A stretch of 64,000 bases of DNA. Source: Nannocystis sp. GTDB lineage: Bacteria > Myxococcota_A > Polyangia > Nannocystales > Nannocystaceae. Each line of letters starts with the position of its first letter. The stretch's first letter is position 1. Both the position numbers and the translations under genes were made by a program. This document shows positions 21,129 through 37,560 of this stretch, one piece after another. Under the pieces are notes generated by a model. That model had not been told where the DNA came from, did no database searches, and worked only from the letters and a program-made list of their open reading frames with translations. The DNA lies in contig NZ_JADJNN010000008.1 in NCBI RefSeq assembly GCF_016714285.1, positions 260,669 to 324,668 of the forward strand. The letters are read 5' to 3'.

Positions 21129-22988
21129 TCAGCCGATGCCGTAGTCCTTGAGCTTGCGATAGAGCGTGGTGCGATCAATGCCGAGGAGGGCCGCGGCACG
21201 GGCCTTGTTGCCGCCGGTGGCCGACAGCGCCGCGACGATCGCCTCACGCTCGAGCTCCGCGAGCGGCCGCACCACGGCGTTGGCGTCGGTCAGCGTCGGA
21301 CCCAGGGGAGCGGCGTGCAGCAGCTCGGGCGGCAGGTCGTCCTGCTCGAGCACCGGCCCGTCGCCGAGGACCAGCGCCCGCTCGATGACGTTGCGCAGCT
21401 CGCGGACGTTGCCCGGCCAGCGGTAGCGACAGAGCACCTCGAGCGCCGCCGGGGCGATCTGCTCGACGCGCCGGGCGACCCGCTCGCCGATCGTTCGCAG
21501 GAAGTGCTGCGCGAGCAGGGGGATGTCGTCCCGACGCTCCCGCAGCGGCGGCAGCTGCGTCTGGATCACGCTCAGGCGGTACAGCAGGTCCTCGCGGAAG
21601 CGGCCCTCGCTGACGAGCTGCCGCAGGTCGCGGTGGGTCGCGGCGACCAGGCGGACGTCGACCGTGATCTCCCGGGTGCCGCCGACGCGGGTGAGGGTCC
21701 GGTTCTCGAGCACCCGCAGCATGCGAGCCTGTGCTCCTGGGCTGAGCTCGCCGACCTCGTCCATGAACAAGGTGCCCGTGCTGGCGCGGGCGAACACCCC
21801 GTCGTGCTGGCTCACCGCTCCCGTGAAGGCGCCCTTCTCGTGGCCGAACAGCTCGCTCTCGAGGAGCGACTCGGCGATCGCGGCGCAGTTGATGGCGACG
21901 AAGGGCCGGCTCGCGCGCGGGGACAGGCCGTGGACCATCCCGGCCGCGAGCTCCTTACCCGTGCCGCTCTCGCCGAGCAGGAGCACGCTCGAAGTGGTGC
22001 TGGCGACCCGCTCGAGGAAAACCTGGAGGCGCTGGATCGCCGGGGAGTGGCCGATCATCTCGCCGTGCGCGGCGGCCGGCCCGTGGCGGACCGCGGCGCT
22101 CAGCTGCTGGCGCTCGCGCGCGCTGTCGCCGATCGCCCCGATCAGCTGCGCCGCGCAGACCAACAGGCGCAGTGCCTCGTCGTCGTAGGTGCAGCGCAGC
22201 GCCTCCCGCGGGCCCCACTCGACGTAGAAGATCAGGCTCTCGACCGGAGCCGCCATCGCCCCGAGGATCCCGCGCATCTGCACCGATCGACGGTCCGCGA
22301 GGTCGGGCTCGGCGAGCACGTCGTGCAGCAACACGCCGCGGCGCTCCCGGAGCACCCGCGCCAGCAGGGCAGGGGACAGGGCCAGGTCGGGCAGAGGACC
22401 CGTGCTCGCGGCGCTCAGGATGTCGCTGCCGTCCGGGCTCAGCAGCAAGGCGCGGGCGGCCGGCAGCGCATCGACGGCCCATGAAGTCGCGGCCCGCAGC
22501 ACCGCCGGCAGCGAGCCGCAGCGGGCCAGCTTGTCACCGAGAGCCGCCAGCGCGGCCAGTCGACTCGCCCCGGGCGTCGCGCTGAGGACTCCGGTCGCGT
22601 CGAGCTCGACCGCCCGCGTCGGCGCCTGCGGCGGGCTCGTGGTCTCGCTCGCGGGGCGGCTGGTGGCGATCACCAGCGTGCTGTTGCCGACCGTCAGCGC
22701 GGCCCCCGGCGCGAGCAGCTGGCCCGGCTTCAACGCCACCCGCTGTCCGGCCTCGAGGGTCCACACCGGGTTCACGCCGGGGATCTCGAGCACGCGCAGG
22801 CCCGTGGCCTCGGCCTGCACACTGAGGTGATGGCGCGACACTGCCCCGTCGCTGAGCTGCAGGCGCTCGCCCGCGCCGCGCCCGATCGTCAGGGGCTCCG
22901 CGCCGAGCGAGATCTGTCGCCCCTTGTCGGGCCCGGATTGTACGGTGATCAGCAGCGGACGCACGCGCGGCGAGTGTACACCGGTCAT
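21129..22988 (-). CDS. Sigma-54-dependent transcriptional activator with N-terminal FHA domain
   Basis: FHA ([25 protein letters not shown]), AAA+ sigma54 module [17 protein letters not shown]...GAFTGA, C-terminal Fis HTH. Confidence 0.8.
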   Translation of the reverse strand: MTGVHSPRVRPLLITVQSGPDKGRQISLGAEPLTIGRGAGERLQLSDGAVSRHHLSVQAEATGLRVLEIPGVNPVWTLEAGQRVALKPGQLLAPGAALTVGNSTLVIATSRPASETTSPPQAPTRAVELDATGVLSATPGASRLAALAALGDKLARCGSLPAVLRAATSWAVDALPAARALLLSPDGSDILSAASTGPLPDLALSPALLARVLRERRGVLLHDVLAEPDLADRRSVQMRGILGAMAAPVESLIFYVEWGPREALRCTYDDEALRLLVCAAQLIGAIGDSARERQQLSAAVRHGPAAAHGEMIGHSPAIQRLQVFLERVASTTSSVLLLGESGTGKELAAGMVHGLSPRASRPFVAINCAAIAESLLESELFGHEKGAFTGAVSQHDGVFARASTGTLFMDEVGELSPGAQARMLRVLENRTLTRVGGTREITVDVRLVAATHRDLRQLVSEGRFREDLLYRLSVIQTQLPPLRERRDDIPLLAQHFLRTIGERVARRVEQIAPAALEVLCRYRWPGNVRELRNVIERALVLGDGPVLEQDDLPPELLHAAPLGPTLTDANAVVRPLAELEREAIVAALSATGGNKARAAALLGIDRTTLYRKLKDYGIG

Positions 22989-23082
22989 GACACGCGCCGG
23001 ATCCGCCTGCCCGGACGTGCAGGACGGCACCTCCACGCCAGGTTGACAGCCCGGTGACGGATGTTAGGGTTCCGCCACTTCT

Positions 23083-25533
<2,451 letters not shown>

Positions 25534-25726
25534 TCCAGGGCTGGTCCGTGGTCAGCCAATGTCAGCCCGCGGCACCATCGGGGCCGCGGGTGAGCCTCAC
25601 CGTGGTCGTGAGCGGACGCCCGTTCTAATGCCCTCCGACCCCAAATGAGCCGTCCGGAGCGGCGTTGACAGGGCGACCTCCCGGCTTATCTTGCCGCCCG
25701 AACTCGAAAGGAACGAACACAAACTC

Positions 25727-27661
<1,935 letters not shown>

Positions 27662-27680
27662 GCCCACCTGACCCGAGAGC

Positions 27681-27730
27681 CAGGGCCGGATCCCGCGACC
27701 ATCGCGGGGCCCGGCCCTGGGTCGTTTTTC
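27681..27730 (+). terminator. Rho-independent terminator after dnaK
   Basis: CAGGGCCGG...CCGGCCCTGG stem with nested CCCGCGAccatCGCGGG, followed by GTCGTTTTTCGG. Confidence 0.6.
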
Positions 27731-27802
27731 GGGCCGCAGGGCCGGCCTCGTCCGCACGCGCCGATCTTTGGACAGCGCCGCCGGATCCACTAAGGTAGGC
27801 GC

Positions 27803-28666
27803 ATGGTCCGGGCGCGTGCAGGCTGGCTGGCGACGCTGATGTTGGCGTCGATGGCCGCCTGCGCGGGGCCCAACTTGTGGACCGACGGCACCAGCATCTC
27901 GACCGGCACGACCAGCCGCGGCCGCATGCGCAAGCCCGCGAAGCTGCCGCTCACGGGCCCCGGCTTCGTCGTGCCGCCGCGCTGGGAGGAGCGCGGTTTC
28001 CAGTACGGCGTCGACGAGCTGGTCGGCGCTGTCCAGCGCGCGGCCAAGAAGGTCGGCGGTCGGGCCAAGCGTGGTCTGCTCGGCGTCGCTGACTTCGGCC
28101 CGCAGCGCGGCGGCAAGTCGGTGTGGCACGGCAGCCACCAGTCCGGCCGCGACGTCGACCTGCACTTCTACAGCGTCGACGCGCAGGGCCACCCGATCGA
28201 CGCCCCACACCACGACATGATCCGCTACGACGCCGACGGCAAGCCCTACGTGCGCCGCAACGCGACCTACAACGAGCTCGGCTGGGAGGGTCGCCGCTTC
28301 GACACCTCGCGCAACTGGCAGCTGGTCGAGGCGCTGCTCGGCGACCCGGAGATCCGCGTGCAGTGGATCTTCGTCTCGCAGGGCCTCGAGGATCGCCTGC
28401 TCGCCTATGCGACCCGGCAGAAGAAGCCGGGCTGGCTCATCGAGTACGCCCGCACCGTGATGTACAGCCCCGCGGACGCCCCGCCGCACGACGACCACTT
28501 CCACGTCCGGATCTACTGCTCGCGGGGCGACCGCTTCCACGGCTGCGTCGACCGCGGCCCGATCTGGCAGCACGAGAAGAAGAAGTACAAGTACGACGGC
28601 CCCGAGACCTACGACCCCGTCCAGTGGCGTCTGGCGATGGTCCCGTCGGCGCCAGACGCAGGCTGA
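27803..28666 (+). CDS. mepA: Penicillin-insensitive murein endopeptidase MepA-like (peptidase M74) lipoprotein
   Basis: Signal LASMAACAG; HQSGRDVDL and HDDHFHVRIYC zinc-binding motifs of MepA. Confidence 0.75.
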   Translation: MVRARAGWLATLMLASMAACAGPNLWTDGTSISTGTTSRGRMRKPAKLPLTGPGFVVPPRWEERGFQYGVDELVGAVQRAAKKVGGRAKRGLLGVADFGPQRGGKSVWHGSHQSGRDVDLHFYSVDAQGHPIDAPHHDMIRYDADGKPYVRRNATYNELGWEGRRFDTSRNWQLVEALLGDPEIRVQWIFVSQGLEDRLLAYATRQKKPGWLIEYARTVMYSPADAPPHDDHFHVRIYCSRGDRFHGCVDRGPIWQHEKKKYKYDGPETYDPVQWRLAMVPSAPDAG

Positions 28667-29297
28667 GCGGCGGCCGGGCGATCGCGCCCAGGTGACCCGG
28701 AGAGATCTGCGAGGGCCCTTGTGACAGCTGGAGATCTCGCTGTCACGAGATCTCCCGCTCTGTCCGCGATCGGCTCGTCGATCGCGTGAAACGATCACAG
28801 CGGTCACGGAGCATCGATCGCCAGAACTCGGTCAGATCGCCCGAATGAGCCCGTTGGTGGCACATCTGGCCTTGTGGACAAGCTGTGCAGTCCTTGTGGA
28901 TGACCCGAGGGACAGGTCGGCCCAGGCATGATCCGCGGCCTCGGTGTGTCGGTCCTGTCTCGGTGTTCAGCTCATTGCTTCACACGCGGTTTCTTCGGGC
29001 CGTAGCGCCGCAGCGATCGCGTCTGCGAGGTCGTCGCCACGAGCACCCGGATCTGAAGATCTGAGCAGGTCTCACTGAACGAGGTAGCAGCATGCGAGCC
29101 GCCAAAACTTGAAAGCCTCGCTGGAAAATGCTTCCTCAGATCTACTCAGTAGAATACATTGCCGACCTACCCGCGACGTTGATCGTACCAAGAGAACTAG
29201 CAAGCTCGGATCCATCCACCGCACCGCTCTCACGGCCCTTCGCCGAGAGGCCTCTCCCGCCGCTCTCCAGCCCGCGCCCGCGACCTTCACCACGCCC

Positions 29298-29843
29298 ATG
29301 GTCCACGCCCTGACCGAAAGCCAGATCCGCGCCATCGAGGCGCAGAGCCCCGACGGCCTGAGCTCGCAGCAGCTCGTCGCGGTGTTCGAGGAGCAGGGCG
29401 TGAAGTTCAGCGAGGCCAACCTGCGCCGCTACGTGCAACTCGGCCTGGTGCCGCGCTCACGCCGAGTCGGGCAGAAGGGCAAGCACCTCGGCTCGCACGG
29501 CGTGTACCCGGTCCGCGCCGTCCGCCGCATCAACACCATCAAGAAGCTGATGGGCGAGCGCTACACGATCGAGGAGATCCAGGCCAAGTTCCTCACCTTC
29601 AAGGACAGCATCGAGACCCTCGACGTGGCGATCGAGGAGCTCGTGTCCCAGTTCGAGTCGAAGCTCGAGGGCGAGGCGCCCTCGCCCCGCCGCGACCAGC
29701 TCTACAGCGAGCTGCGATCGATCAAGACCGCCGCTGACGAGCTGCTGAGCGGGGTCTACCGCCTCGAGAAGCTGCTCGTGTCCACCAGCGCCGCCGTCCG
29801 CCCGCGCGGCGGCGGGGCTGCCAGCCCCACCGAACTTCTGTAG
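29298..29843 (+). CDS. MerR-family HTH transcriptional regulator (putative)
   Basis: [74 protein letters not shown] fits MerR HTH + coiled-coil; upstream part of ORF 29109.. judged non-coding. Confidence 0.6.
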   Translation: MVHALTESQIRAIEAQSPDGLSSQQLVAVFEEQGVKFSEANLRRYVQLGLVPRSRRVGQKGKHLGSHGVYPVRAVRRINTIKKLMGERYTIEEIQAKFLTFKDSIETLDVAIEELVSQFESKLEGEAPSPRRDQLYSELRSIKTAADELLSGVYRLEKLLVSTSAAVRPRGGGAASPTELL

Positions 29844-29949
29844 CCGTTGCCGTTACCACTTCTGTAGCTGTCCCTCGGGACATCGCATCCGTTCACTTCT
29901 GCGCAATCACGTTTCACCGGGGCCGGCCAGGGCCCCGCTCAGGATCATC

Positions 29950-30510
<561 letters not shown>

Positions 30511-30598
30511 CGAGCTGGTGAGCGCGAGCGGCCGCACACGCCTGTGGGCGCGGCCGCGTTGACCGAGCCGCGGCGGCCGTCGTAGGACCCTGGCCGAA

Positions 30599-32188
30599 GT
30601 GAACCTCCTCCCGCCGATCCGCCGCGCCCTCGTCAGCGTCAGCGACAAGTCGAAGCTCGACGTCCTGGCGCAGATCCTCATCGACTGTCACGTCGAGGTG
30701 CTCTCGACCGGTGGCACTCACGCCGCGCTCGCGCAGCTCGGCGTCGAGGTCGTCAAGGTCAGCGAGTACACCGGCGCGCCCGAGATCCTCGACGGTCGGG
30801 TCAAGACCCTGCACCCGAAGATCCACGGCGGCATCCTGGCCCTGCCCACGCCGGCCCACGAGGCCGAATTGCGGCTGCACGGCATCGCCCCGATCGACCT
30901 CGTGGTCGTCAACCTCTACCCGTTTCGCAGCGTCATCGCCCGCCGCGACTGCGGCTTCGATGAGGCGGTCGAGAACATCGACGTCGGCGGTCCCACGATG
31001 GTCCGCGCCGCCGCGAAGAACTGGCAGCGCGTCGCCGTCGTCGTCGACCCGGACGACTACGTCTCGCTCGGTGAGGCCCTGCGCGCGCACGCCTGCGGCC
31101 TGCCCGAGGCGCTGCGCCGCCGCCTCGCGCGCAAGGCCTTCGCCCACACCGCTGCCTACGACGTTGCGATCGCCGGCTACCTCGCGCGCTTCGACGACGC
31201 CGGCGGAGCCGCGGACGACGCCCTCCCGGACGCGCTGCTGCTCAGCGGCGAGGCCCAGGGCGAGCTGCGCTACGGCGAGAACCCGCACCAGCCAGCCCGC
31301 TTCTACGCGGTCGCGGGCGGGGCAGGGGAGGCGCCTGGCCTCGATCGGGCGATCGTTCACCAGGGCAAGGCCCTCAGCTACAACAACCTCCTCGACGCTG
31401 ACGCGGCGCTCGGCCTGGTCCGCGACCTCGCCCCGCTCGGGCCCGCAGCCGCGGTGATCAAGCACGTCTCGCCCTGCGGCGCGGCGCTGGGTCGGCCCGG
31501 ACAGCCGATCGCCGAGGTCTATCGCCGGGCCCGTGAGGCCGACCCCGAGAGCGCCTTCGGGGGGATCGTCGCGCTCTCGCAGCCGGTCGACGCCGCGGCC
31601 GCAGCCCAGCTCGTCGAGACCTTCCTCGAGGTTGTCATCGCCCCCGGCGTTACCGCCGAGGCCCGCGTGTTGCTCTCGACCAAGAAGAACCTCCGCCTGA
31701 TCGAGCTGCCGCTCGGCAGCGCCACGAGCCCGCCGCTGCGCCTGCGATCGATCGCCGGCGGGCTCCTGGCCCAGCGCGAGGACGTGATCGGCGTGCACGC
31801 GGCCGGGGCCCGCGTGGTCACCCGCCGCGCGCCCACGGCCGCCGAGCTCCTCGACCTCGAGCTGGCCCAGATCGTCGGCAAGTGGGTCCGCTCCAACGCG
31901 ATCGTGCTGTGCAAGGACGGCGTCACGGTCGGCGTCGGCGGCGGCCAGACCTCGCGCGTCGAGGCCTCGCGCCAGGCCAGCGCCCGCGCCGGTGAGCGGG
32001 CCCGCGGCGCCTGCCTCGGCTCCGACGCCTTCTTCCCGTTCCGCGACGGCGTCGACGCGGCCGCGGCCGCCGGCGTCACCGCGATCGTCCAGCCCGGCGG
32101 CTCCGTGCGCGACGACGAGGTGATCGCGGCCGCCGACGAGCACGGCCTGGCCATGGTCTTCACCGGCCAGCGACACTTCCGCCATTAG
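30599..32188 (+). CDS. purH: Bifunctional AICAR transformylase / IMP cyclohydrolase PurH
   Basis: MGS-like N-domain ALVSVSDKS..., HPKIHGGIL; GTG start. Confidence 0.9.
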   Translation: MNLLPPIRRALVSVSDKSKLDVLAQILIDCHVEVLSTGGTHAALAQLGVEVVKVSEYTGAPEILDGRVKTLHPKIHGGILALPTPAHEAELRLHGIAPIDLVVVNLYPFRSVIARRDCGFDEAVENIDVGGPTMVRAAAKNWQRVAVVVDPDDYVSLGEALRAHACGLPEALRRRLARKAFAHTAAYDVAIAGYLARFDDAGGAADDALPDALLLSGEAQGELRYGENPHQPARFYAVAGGAGEAPGLDRAIVHQGKALSYNNLLDADAALGLVRDLAPLGPAAAVIKHVSPCGAALGRPGQPIAEVYRRAREADPESAFGGIVALSQPVDAAAAAQLVETFLEVVIAPGVTAEARVLLSTKKNLRLIELPLGSATSPPLRLRSIAGGLLAQREDVIGVHAAGARVVTRRAPTAAELLDLELAQIVGKWVRSNAIVLCKDGVTVGVGGGQTSRVEASRQASARAGERARGACLGSDAFFPFRDGVDAAAAAGVTAIVQPGGSVRDDEVIAAADEHGLAMVFTGQRHFRH

Positions 32189-32192
32189 CGCA

Positions 32193-32253
32193 CAGGTCCG
32201 TCGGGACATGTCGCTTCCCACAGGTCCTTCGGGACAGGTACATCGAGACAGGA
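32193..32253. repeat. Two REP-like palindromes (CAGGTCCGTCGGGACATG; CAGGTCCTTCGGGACAGG) in purH-purD intergenic region
   Basis: Read directly. Confidence 0.8.
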
Positions 32254-32263
32254 GCGAGAGCCC

Positions 32264-33532
32264 ATGCGAATCGTGATCTTCGGCGGCGGCGGACGCGAGC
32301 ACGCGCTGGCCTGGCGCTGCGTGAGCGAGGGCCACGAGGTCCACGTCGCGCCCGGCTCGGACGGCATCGCCAGCGACGCCACCTGCCACCCGCTCGCGCT
32401 CAGCGATCACGCCGCCGCAGTCGCGCTGTGCCACCGCATCGCGCCCGCACTCGTGATCGTCGGCCCGGAGCAGCCGCTGGTCGACGGCCTCGCCGACCGG
32501 CTCCGCGCCGCCGGCCTCGCGGTGTTCGGCCCCTCCGCCGCGGCCGCCGAGCTCGAGGGCAGCAAGGCGGTGGCCAAGGCCTTCATGGCCCGCCATCACA
32601 TCCCCACGGCGCGCTACGTCCGCGTCGACTCGCTCGGCGCCGGCCTGGAGGCGCTGGCCAGCTTCGCTGGGCCGCCGGTGGTCAAGGCCAGCGGCCTGGC
32701 AGCGGGCAAGGGCGTCACCGTGGCCGAGAGCTTCGCCGAGGCCGAGCTGGCCCTTCGTTCATGTCTCGAAGGCCAGGTGTTCGGCGCGGCCGGGGACACG
32801 GTGGTGCTGGAGGAGCGGCTCCAGGGTGAGGAGGCCTCGCTGTTCGTGATCAGCGACGGCGAGCGCTGGCTGTGCCTGCCGCCCGCGCAGGATCACAAGC
32901 GCCTGCGCGACGGCGACCACGGCCCGAACACCGGCGGCATGGGGGCCTACAGCCCGGCCCCGGTGTGCGACGCCGGCGTGCTCGCCCAGGTCGAGCTCGA
33001 GGTGATCGCGCCGACCCTCGCGGGCCTGCGCGCCGAGGGCCGCCCCTTCGTCGGCGCGCTGTTCATCGGCCTGATGATCGAGCAGGGCCGCGCCAGGGTC
33101 ATCGAGTACAACTGCCGCTTCGGCGACCCGGAGATCCAGCCGGTGCTGTTCGGCCTGCAGGCGCCGATCGTGCCGCACCTGCACGCGGCCGCCCGCGGCG
33201 ATCTGGCCGCTGGCGGCGTGCTGCCAGGCATGCCCGCCGCCACCGTGGTGATCGCGGCCGCTGGCTATCCCGGCAAGACCGTCAGCGGTGCGGCGATCCG
33301 GGGGCTCGCGGCCGCCGCTGCGCTCCCCGACCTCAAGGTATTTCACGCCGGTACGCGTCACAGCGCGGATGAGGGTTGGGTCACGGCAGGCGGGCGTGTC
33401 ATCGGGGTCTGCGCCCGCGGCCCCGACCTGCGCGCCGCCATCGCCCGCGCCTATGAGGGCTGCGCGTTGATCGAGGTGGTCGGCGGGCAACATCGGCGAG
33501 ACATCGGCGCCCGCGCCCTCGCCCTCGCTTGA
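32264..33532 (+). CDS. purD: Phosphoribosylamine--glycine ligase PurD
   Basis: [17 protein letters not shown]..., ATP-grasp motifs. Confidence 0.9.
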   Translation: MRIVIFGGGGREHALAWRCVSEGHEVHVAPGSDGIASDATCHPLALSDHAAAVALCHRIAPALVIVGPEQPLVDGLADRLRAAGLAVFGPSAAAAELEGSKAVAKAFMARHHIPTARYVRVDSLGAGLEALASFAGPPVVKASGLAAGKGVTVAESFAEAELALRSCLEGQVFGAAGDTVVLEERLQGEEASLFVISDGERWLCLPPAQDHKRLRDGDHGPNTGGMGAYSPAPVCDAGVLAQVELEVIAPTLAGLRAEGRPFVGALFIGLMIEQGRARVIEYNCRFGDPEIQPVLFGLQAPIVPHLHAAARGDLAAGGVLPGMPAATVVIAAAGYPGKTVSGAAIRGLAAAAALPDLKVFHAGTRHSADEGWVTAGGRVIGVCARGPDLRAAIARAYEGCALIEVVGGQHRRDIGARALALA

Positions 33533-33567
33533 CCGGTCCGGCCACGGGCATGGTATGAGGGCGGGCG

Positions 33568-34875
33568 ATGGCACGCGTCCGCCCTGTCCGTGGTCTCCGC
33601 TACGACCTCCGCCGCGTCTCCAGTGATGCGGGCCTCCTACTCGCGCCACCCTACGACGTCGTCGATGCGGCGGGTCGCGCCCGCATCGCCGCCCGCTCGC
33701 CGCACAACTGCATCCACGTGATCCTCCCGACCGGCGAGGGCGACGCCAAGTACGTCGAGGGGGCCCGGCAATTCGCCGCGCTCAAGGCCGACGCGCTCGT
33801 GCACGACGACGCCCCCGGCTTCTATGTCTATCACCAGACATTCACCAGCGAGGGCCAGCAGTTCACGCGCAAGGGCTTCATCGGTCTGGTCGAGCTGACC
33901 CGCTTCGGCGCCGGCCCGGTGCTACCCCACGAGCGCACGCTCGCGGGTCCCAAGGCCGACCGCCTCAAGCTCATGCGCGCGTGCATGGCCCACCTCGAGC
34001 TGGTGTTCGGCATGTTCTCGGATCCCGATCGCAGCTGGGAGAAGGCCGTCGGCGAGCTCGGGGAGCCGGTGCTCGACGCCGACTTCGACGGCGCCCACCA
34101 CACGCTCTACCGCGTCGCCGATCCGGCGGCCACCGCAGCCCTCACGCAGATCCTCGCCGATCGATCGATCTACATCGCCGATGGCCACCACCGCTACGAG
34201 ACGATGTGCAGCTTCCGCGACGAGCTCGAGGAGCAGGGCCGCGGCGAGGCGGCGCGCTGGGGCCTCATCTACCTCAGCAACCTCGACGACCCCGGTCTGG
34301 TCGTGCTGCCCACCCACCGGCTCGTCCACGGCGTCGCCGACTTCGACCTAGCGGCCACGCTCGCGGCGCTGCGGCCCTTCTTCGACATCGACGAGCAGCC
34401 GTTGCCCGCGGCGGGCAACGAGCTCCGCGCGACGCTGGCCGCCGCAGCGAGCGGCGGCGCGGCCTTCGGCCTCGCGGTTCCTGGCGCCGATCGGATGCAC
34501 CTGCTGCGCCTGCGCGCCGACTTCGATCCGCAGGCCGCCGGCCTCGGGCACCTCCACCCCGCGCTGCAGCGCCTCGACGTCGCCCTGCTGCACGAGCTGG
34601 TGCTCGAGCGCGGCCTCGGCATCACCCGCGAGGCGCAGTCGCAGAACACCAACCTGCGCTACTACAAGTCGACCGACGAGGCGCTCGCCGTGGCCGCCGG
34701 ACAGCGCCCCGACGCCAGCGACGTGCAGCTCGTGTGCTTCATGAACCCGACCCCCGTCGCCGACGTGCGCGCCGTCTGCGACAGCGGCGAGGTCATGCCG
34801 CAGAAGAGCACCTTCTTCTATCCGAAGATCCCGACTGGCCTCGTGTTTCACGACCTCCGGGACGACCTGACATGA
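33568..34875 (+). CDS. DUF1015 family protein
   Basis: Conserved ...SIYIADGHHRYET... and LPTHRL motifs of DUF1015; stop overlaps hisZ start (ATGA). Confidence 0.75.
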   Translation: MARVRPVRGLRYDLRRVSSDAGLLLAPPYDVVDAAGRARIAARSPHNCIHVILPTGEGDAKYVEGARQFAALKADALVHDDAPGFYVYHQTFTSEGQQFTRKGFIGLVELTRFGAGPVLPHERTLAGPKADRLKLMRACMAHLELVFGMFSDPDRSWEKAVGELGEPVLDADFDGAHHTLYRVADPAATAALTQILADRSIYIADGHHRYETMCSFRDELEEQGRGEAARWGLIYLSNLDDPGLVVLPTHRLVHGVADFDLAATLAALRPFFDIDEQPLPAAGNELRATLAAAASGGAAFGLAVPGADRMHLLRLRADFDPQAAGLGHLHPALQRLDVALLHELVLERGLGITREAQSQNTNLRYYKSTDEALAVAAGQRPDASDVQLVCFMNPTPVADVRAVCDSGEVMPQKSTFFYPKIPTGLVFHDLRDDLT

Positions 34876-36098
34876 GCGCCGACGCGCTGGCCCTGCCGCG
34901 CGGCGCGAGGGACCTGCTGCCGCCCGCGGCCCGTCGGCGCCGGCGCCTGACCGCGTCGCTGCTCGCGGTGCTCGACCGCTGGGGCTACGACCCCGTGGTC
35001 ACGCCCGCGATCGAGTACTTCGAGGTGTTCGGGCGCTGGCTCGCCGAGCGCGACCGGCAGCGCTGCGTCCGCTTCATCGAGGCCGGCACCGGCGAGCTCG
35101 TCACCCTGCGCTCCGACATCACGCCGCAGATCGCCCGGCTCAGCGCGCTGCGCCTCGGCGATCGCCTCGCGGCCGGCGAGGCGATGCGCCTGGCCTACAG
35201 CGCCGAGGTCGTGCGCCTCGGCGAGCCCAGCCGCGGCCAGCTCGAGCACAGCCAGGTCGGCGCCGAATTGCTCGGCGACGACAGCCCCGCGGCCGACGCC
35301 GAGCTCGTGCTGCTGTGCGCCGAGGCGCTGCGCGCCGCCGGTCTGCCGCGGCCCCAGCTCGAGCTCGCAGACGTGAGCATCGCCCGCGCTGTGTTCGAGC
35401 GGCTCCCACCCGGCTGCGACACCGAGGCGCTGCACGGCCTGCTCGCGCGCAAGGACGCCGACGGGGTCGCCCGCTTCGCCGCCGAGCTGCCGCTGCGCCC
35501 CGAGGCCCGCCGCGCGCTCGGCCTCCTGTGCGAGCTGTTCGGCGGCCCGGAGATCCTCGGACATGTCCCTTCGGACATCCGAGCCGCGTTCCCGTGGCTC
35601 GACCAGGCGCTGGCTCGGCTCGAGTCGGTGATCGATCGCTGTCGCCGCGACGACCCCGAGCTCGCCGCCCGCCTGGTCGTCGATCTCGGCGAGGTCCGTG
35701 GCCACGACTACTACACCGGCCTGCGCCTGCGCGCGTGGGCCCCCGGGGTCGCCACGCCGTTGGTGTGCGGCGGACGCTACGCTGGTGGGGCCGGCTTCGC
35801 GGTCGAGCTCGAGGCCCTCGAGGCCGCGCTCGAGCACGCCGGCGCGCCACCCGAGCCGCGCTGTGGTGGCACCGTGATCGTCGCCGAGCTCGAGGCCTCG
35901 CGCGACGCGGCCAACGCCCGCGCTCGCAGCCTGCGTGGCAGCGGCCGCGCGTGGGTGCAGGTCGGCCTCTCGCTGAGCGCGGCCCGGATCGCCGCCGGCG
36001 AGGCCGAGCGTATGATCCATCTCGACGCGAGCGGCCGGGTCACGACCTGGCTGCGAGGACAGGCCGACACCTGGACGGCCGGGGAGAGCGAAGCATGA
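34872..36098 (+). CDS. hisZ: ATP phosphoribosyltransferase regulatory subunit HisZ (HisRS paralog)
   Basis: class-II aaRS-like core lacking anticodon domain, positioned directly upstream of purA (common hisZ-purA arrangement); ATGA overlap with purA. Confidence 0.75.
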   Translation: MSADALALPRGARDLLPPAARRRRRLTASLLAVLDRWGYDPVVTPAIEYFEVFGRWLAERDRQRCVRFIEAGTGELVTLRSDITPQIARLSALRLGDRLAAGEAMRLAYSAEVVRLGEPSRGQLEHSQVGAELLGDDSPAADAELVLLCAEALRAAGLPRPQLELADVSIARAVFERLPPGCDTEALHGLLARKDADGVARFAAELPLRPEARRALGLLCELFGGPEILGHVPSDIRAAFPWLDQALARLESVIDRCRRDDPELAARLVVDLGEVRGHDYYTGLRLRAWAPGVATPLVCGGRYAGGAGFAVELEALEAALEHAGAPPEPRCGGTVIVAELEASRDAANARARSLRGSGRAWVQVGLSLSAARIAAGEAERMIHLDASGRVTTWLRGQADTWTAGESEA

Positions 36099-37384
36099 CG
36101 ACGCTGATCGTGGTGGGCGCCCAGTGGGGCGACGAAGGCAAGGGCAAGGTGGTCGACGTCCTCGCCAGTCAGGCGCAGGTGGTCGCGCGCTACGCCGGGG
36201 GCAACAACGCCGGTCACACGCTGGTTCTCGGCGCCCGCAAGATCGTCACCCATCTCGTGCCCTCGGGCTGCGCCTACCCGGGCACCGCCTGCGTGCTCGG
36301 GGCCGGCATGGTCATCGACATGGATGTGTTTCAGTCCGAGGTCGCCGAGTTACAGCGCGCTGGCATGTTGCTCGGCGACGAGCTCCGCGTCTCGCTCGAC
36401 GCCCACGTGATCCTCCCGTTCCACCGCCAGCTCGACGGCCTGCGCGAGGACCAGGCCAGCGGCGGCGCCGGCCGCATCGGCACCACGCGCCGCGGCATCG
36501 GTCCGGCCTACGAGGCCAAGGCGGCGCGCCGCGGCGTTCGCGTGCGCGACCTCCTCGATCCCTCGCGCCTGCGCGTGCGTCTCGAGCAGAACAAGCAGCA
36601 CGTCGACTTCGAGCTGCAGCGCCACGGCGTCGCCGCGATCGACGTCGACGCCATCGTCCGCGCCGCCGAAGGCTGGGCCGCGTGGCTCCGCGGCAAAGTC
36701 TGCGACGTCGGTGCGCTCGTCGAGGCGGCCGTGCGCGCCGGTCAACGCGTGCTCTGCGAGGGCGCCCAGGGGGCCCTGCTGGACCTCGACCACGGCACCT
36801 ATCCCTACGTGACCTCGTCGACCACCCTCGCCGGGGGCGCCTGCGCCGGACTCGGCATCGGCCCGACCCGCGTCGACGCCGTCTGGGGCATCACGAAGGC
36901 CTACACCACGCGCGTCGGCGCCGGCCCGTTCCCCACCTGCGAGCGCGGCCCGCTCGGCGAGCTGCTGCGCAGCGCCGGTGATGAGTACGGGGCCACCACC
37001 GGCCGCCCACGCGACTGCGGCTGGCTCGACCTCCCGGCCCTGCGCCACGCGGCCCGCCTCAACGGCCTCACCGGCCTGTGCGTCACCAAGCTCGACGTCC
37101 TCGCCGCGCTGCCGAGCGTGCAGGTGTGTCGCCGCTACGCCGACGGGGCCGAGCCGGGCGAGGTCTTGCTCGAGGACGTGGTCGCCGAGTACGAGCCGGT
37201 CCCGGGTTGGGGCGACCCGCAGCTGCGCGAACGGATCGCGGTCGCGCGGCGCCTGGAAGATCTCCCGTCGCCAGCCCGCGCCTACCTCGACGCGATCGAG
37301 GCCACCGTCGGCGTCCCGATCACCCTCGTCTCCGTCGGCCCCGATCGGGCCCAGACCATTCTTACCCGGGCCGCGTTCGGGTGA
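36095..37384 (+). CDS. purA: Adenylosuccinate synthetase PurA
   Basis: MTTLIVVGAQWGDEGKGKVVD..., GTTRRGIGPAY, TTGRPR motifs. Confidence 0.9.
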   Translation: MTTLIVVGAQWGDEGKGKVVDVLASQAQVVARYAGGNNAGHTLVLGARKIVTHLVPSGCAYPGTACVLGAGMVIDMDVFQSEVAELQRAGMLLGDELRVSLDAHVILPFHRQLDGLREDQASGGAGRIGTTRRGIGPAYEAKAARRGVRVRDLLDPSRLRVRLEQNKQHVDFELQRHGVAAIDVDAIVRAAEGWAAWLRGKVCDVGALVEAAVRAGQRVLCEGAQGALLDLDHGTYPYVTSSTTLAGGACAGLGIGPTRVDAVWGITKAYTTRVGAGPFPTCERGPLGELLRSAGDEYGATTGRPRDCGWLDLPALRHAARLNGLTGLCVTKLDVLAALPSVQVCRRYADGAEPGEVLLEDVVAEYEPVPGWGDPQLRERIAVARRLEDLPSPARAYLDAIEATVGVPITLVSVGPDRAQTILTRAAFG

Positions 37385-37560
37385 CCCACCCCCGTCCAGC
37401 GCCCGTGGCCTGCCCACGGAACGCTGGGGCAAACCCGCGCATCATGCGGGTGAACCATCGCGGCGCCGACGATCTGTGCAGGTACGGGACGCGTCCGGCT
37501 GCCATCGGGGACGCCCCCAGCGCCCGCGAAAACGAAGAAGATCGGCAACCGTGTCCGTTG

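Noticed and set aside
25534-25726. CIRCE (HrcA operator) or sigma-32 promoter upstream of dnaK
   Set aside because: No TTAGCACTC-N9-GAGTGCTAA inverted repeat present; TTGACA...TTATCT has only 15-nt spacing, so promoter call not supported
29109-29297. Upstream extension of MerR-like ORF (start at 29109)
   Set aside because: Low-GC, repeat-rich stretch with no codon bias; HTH begins right after the Met at 29298
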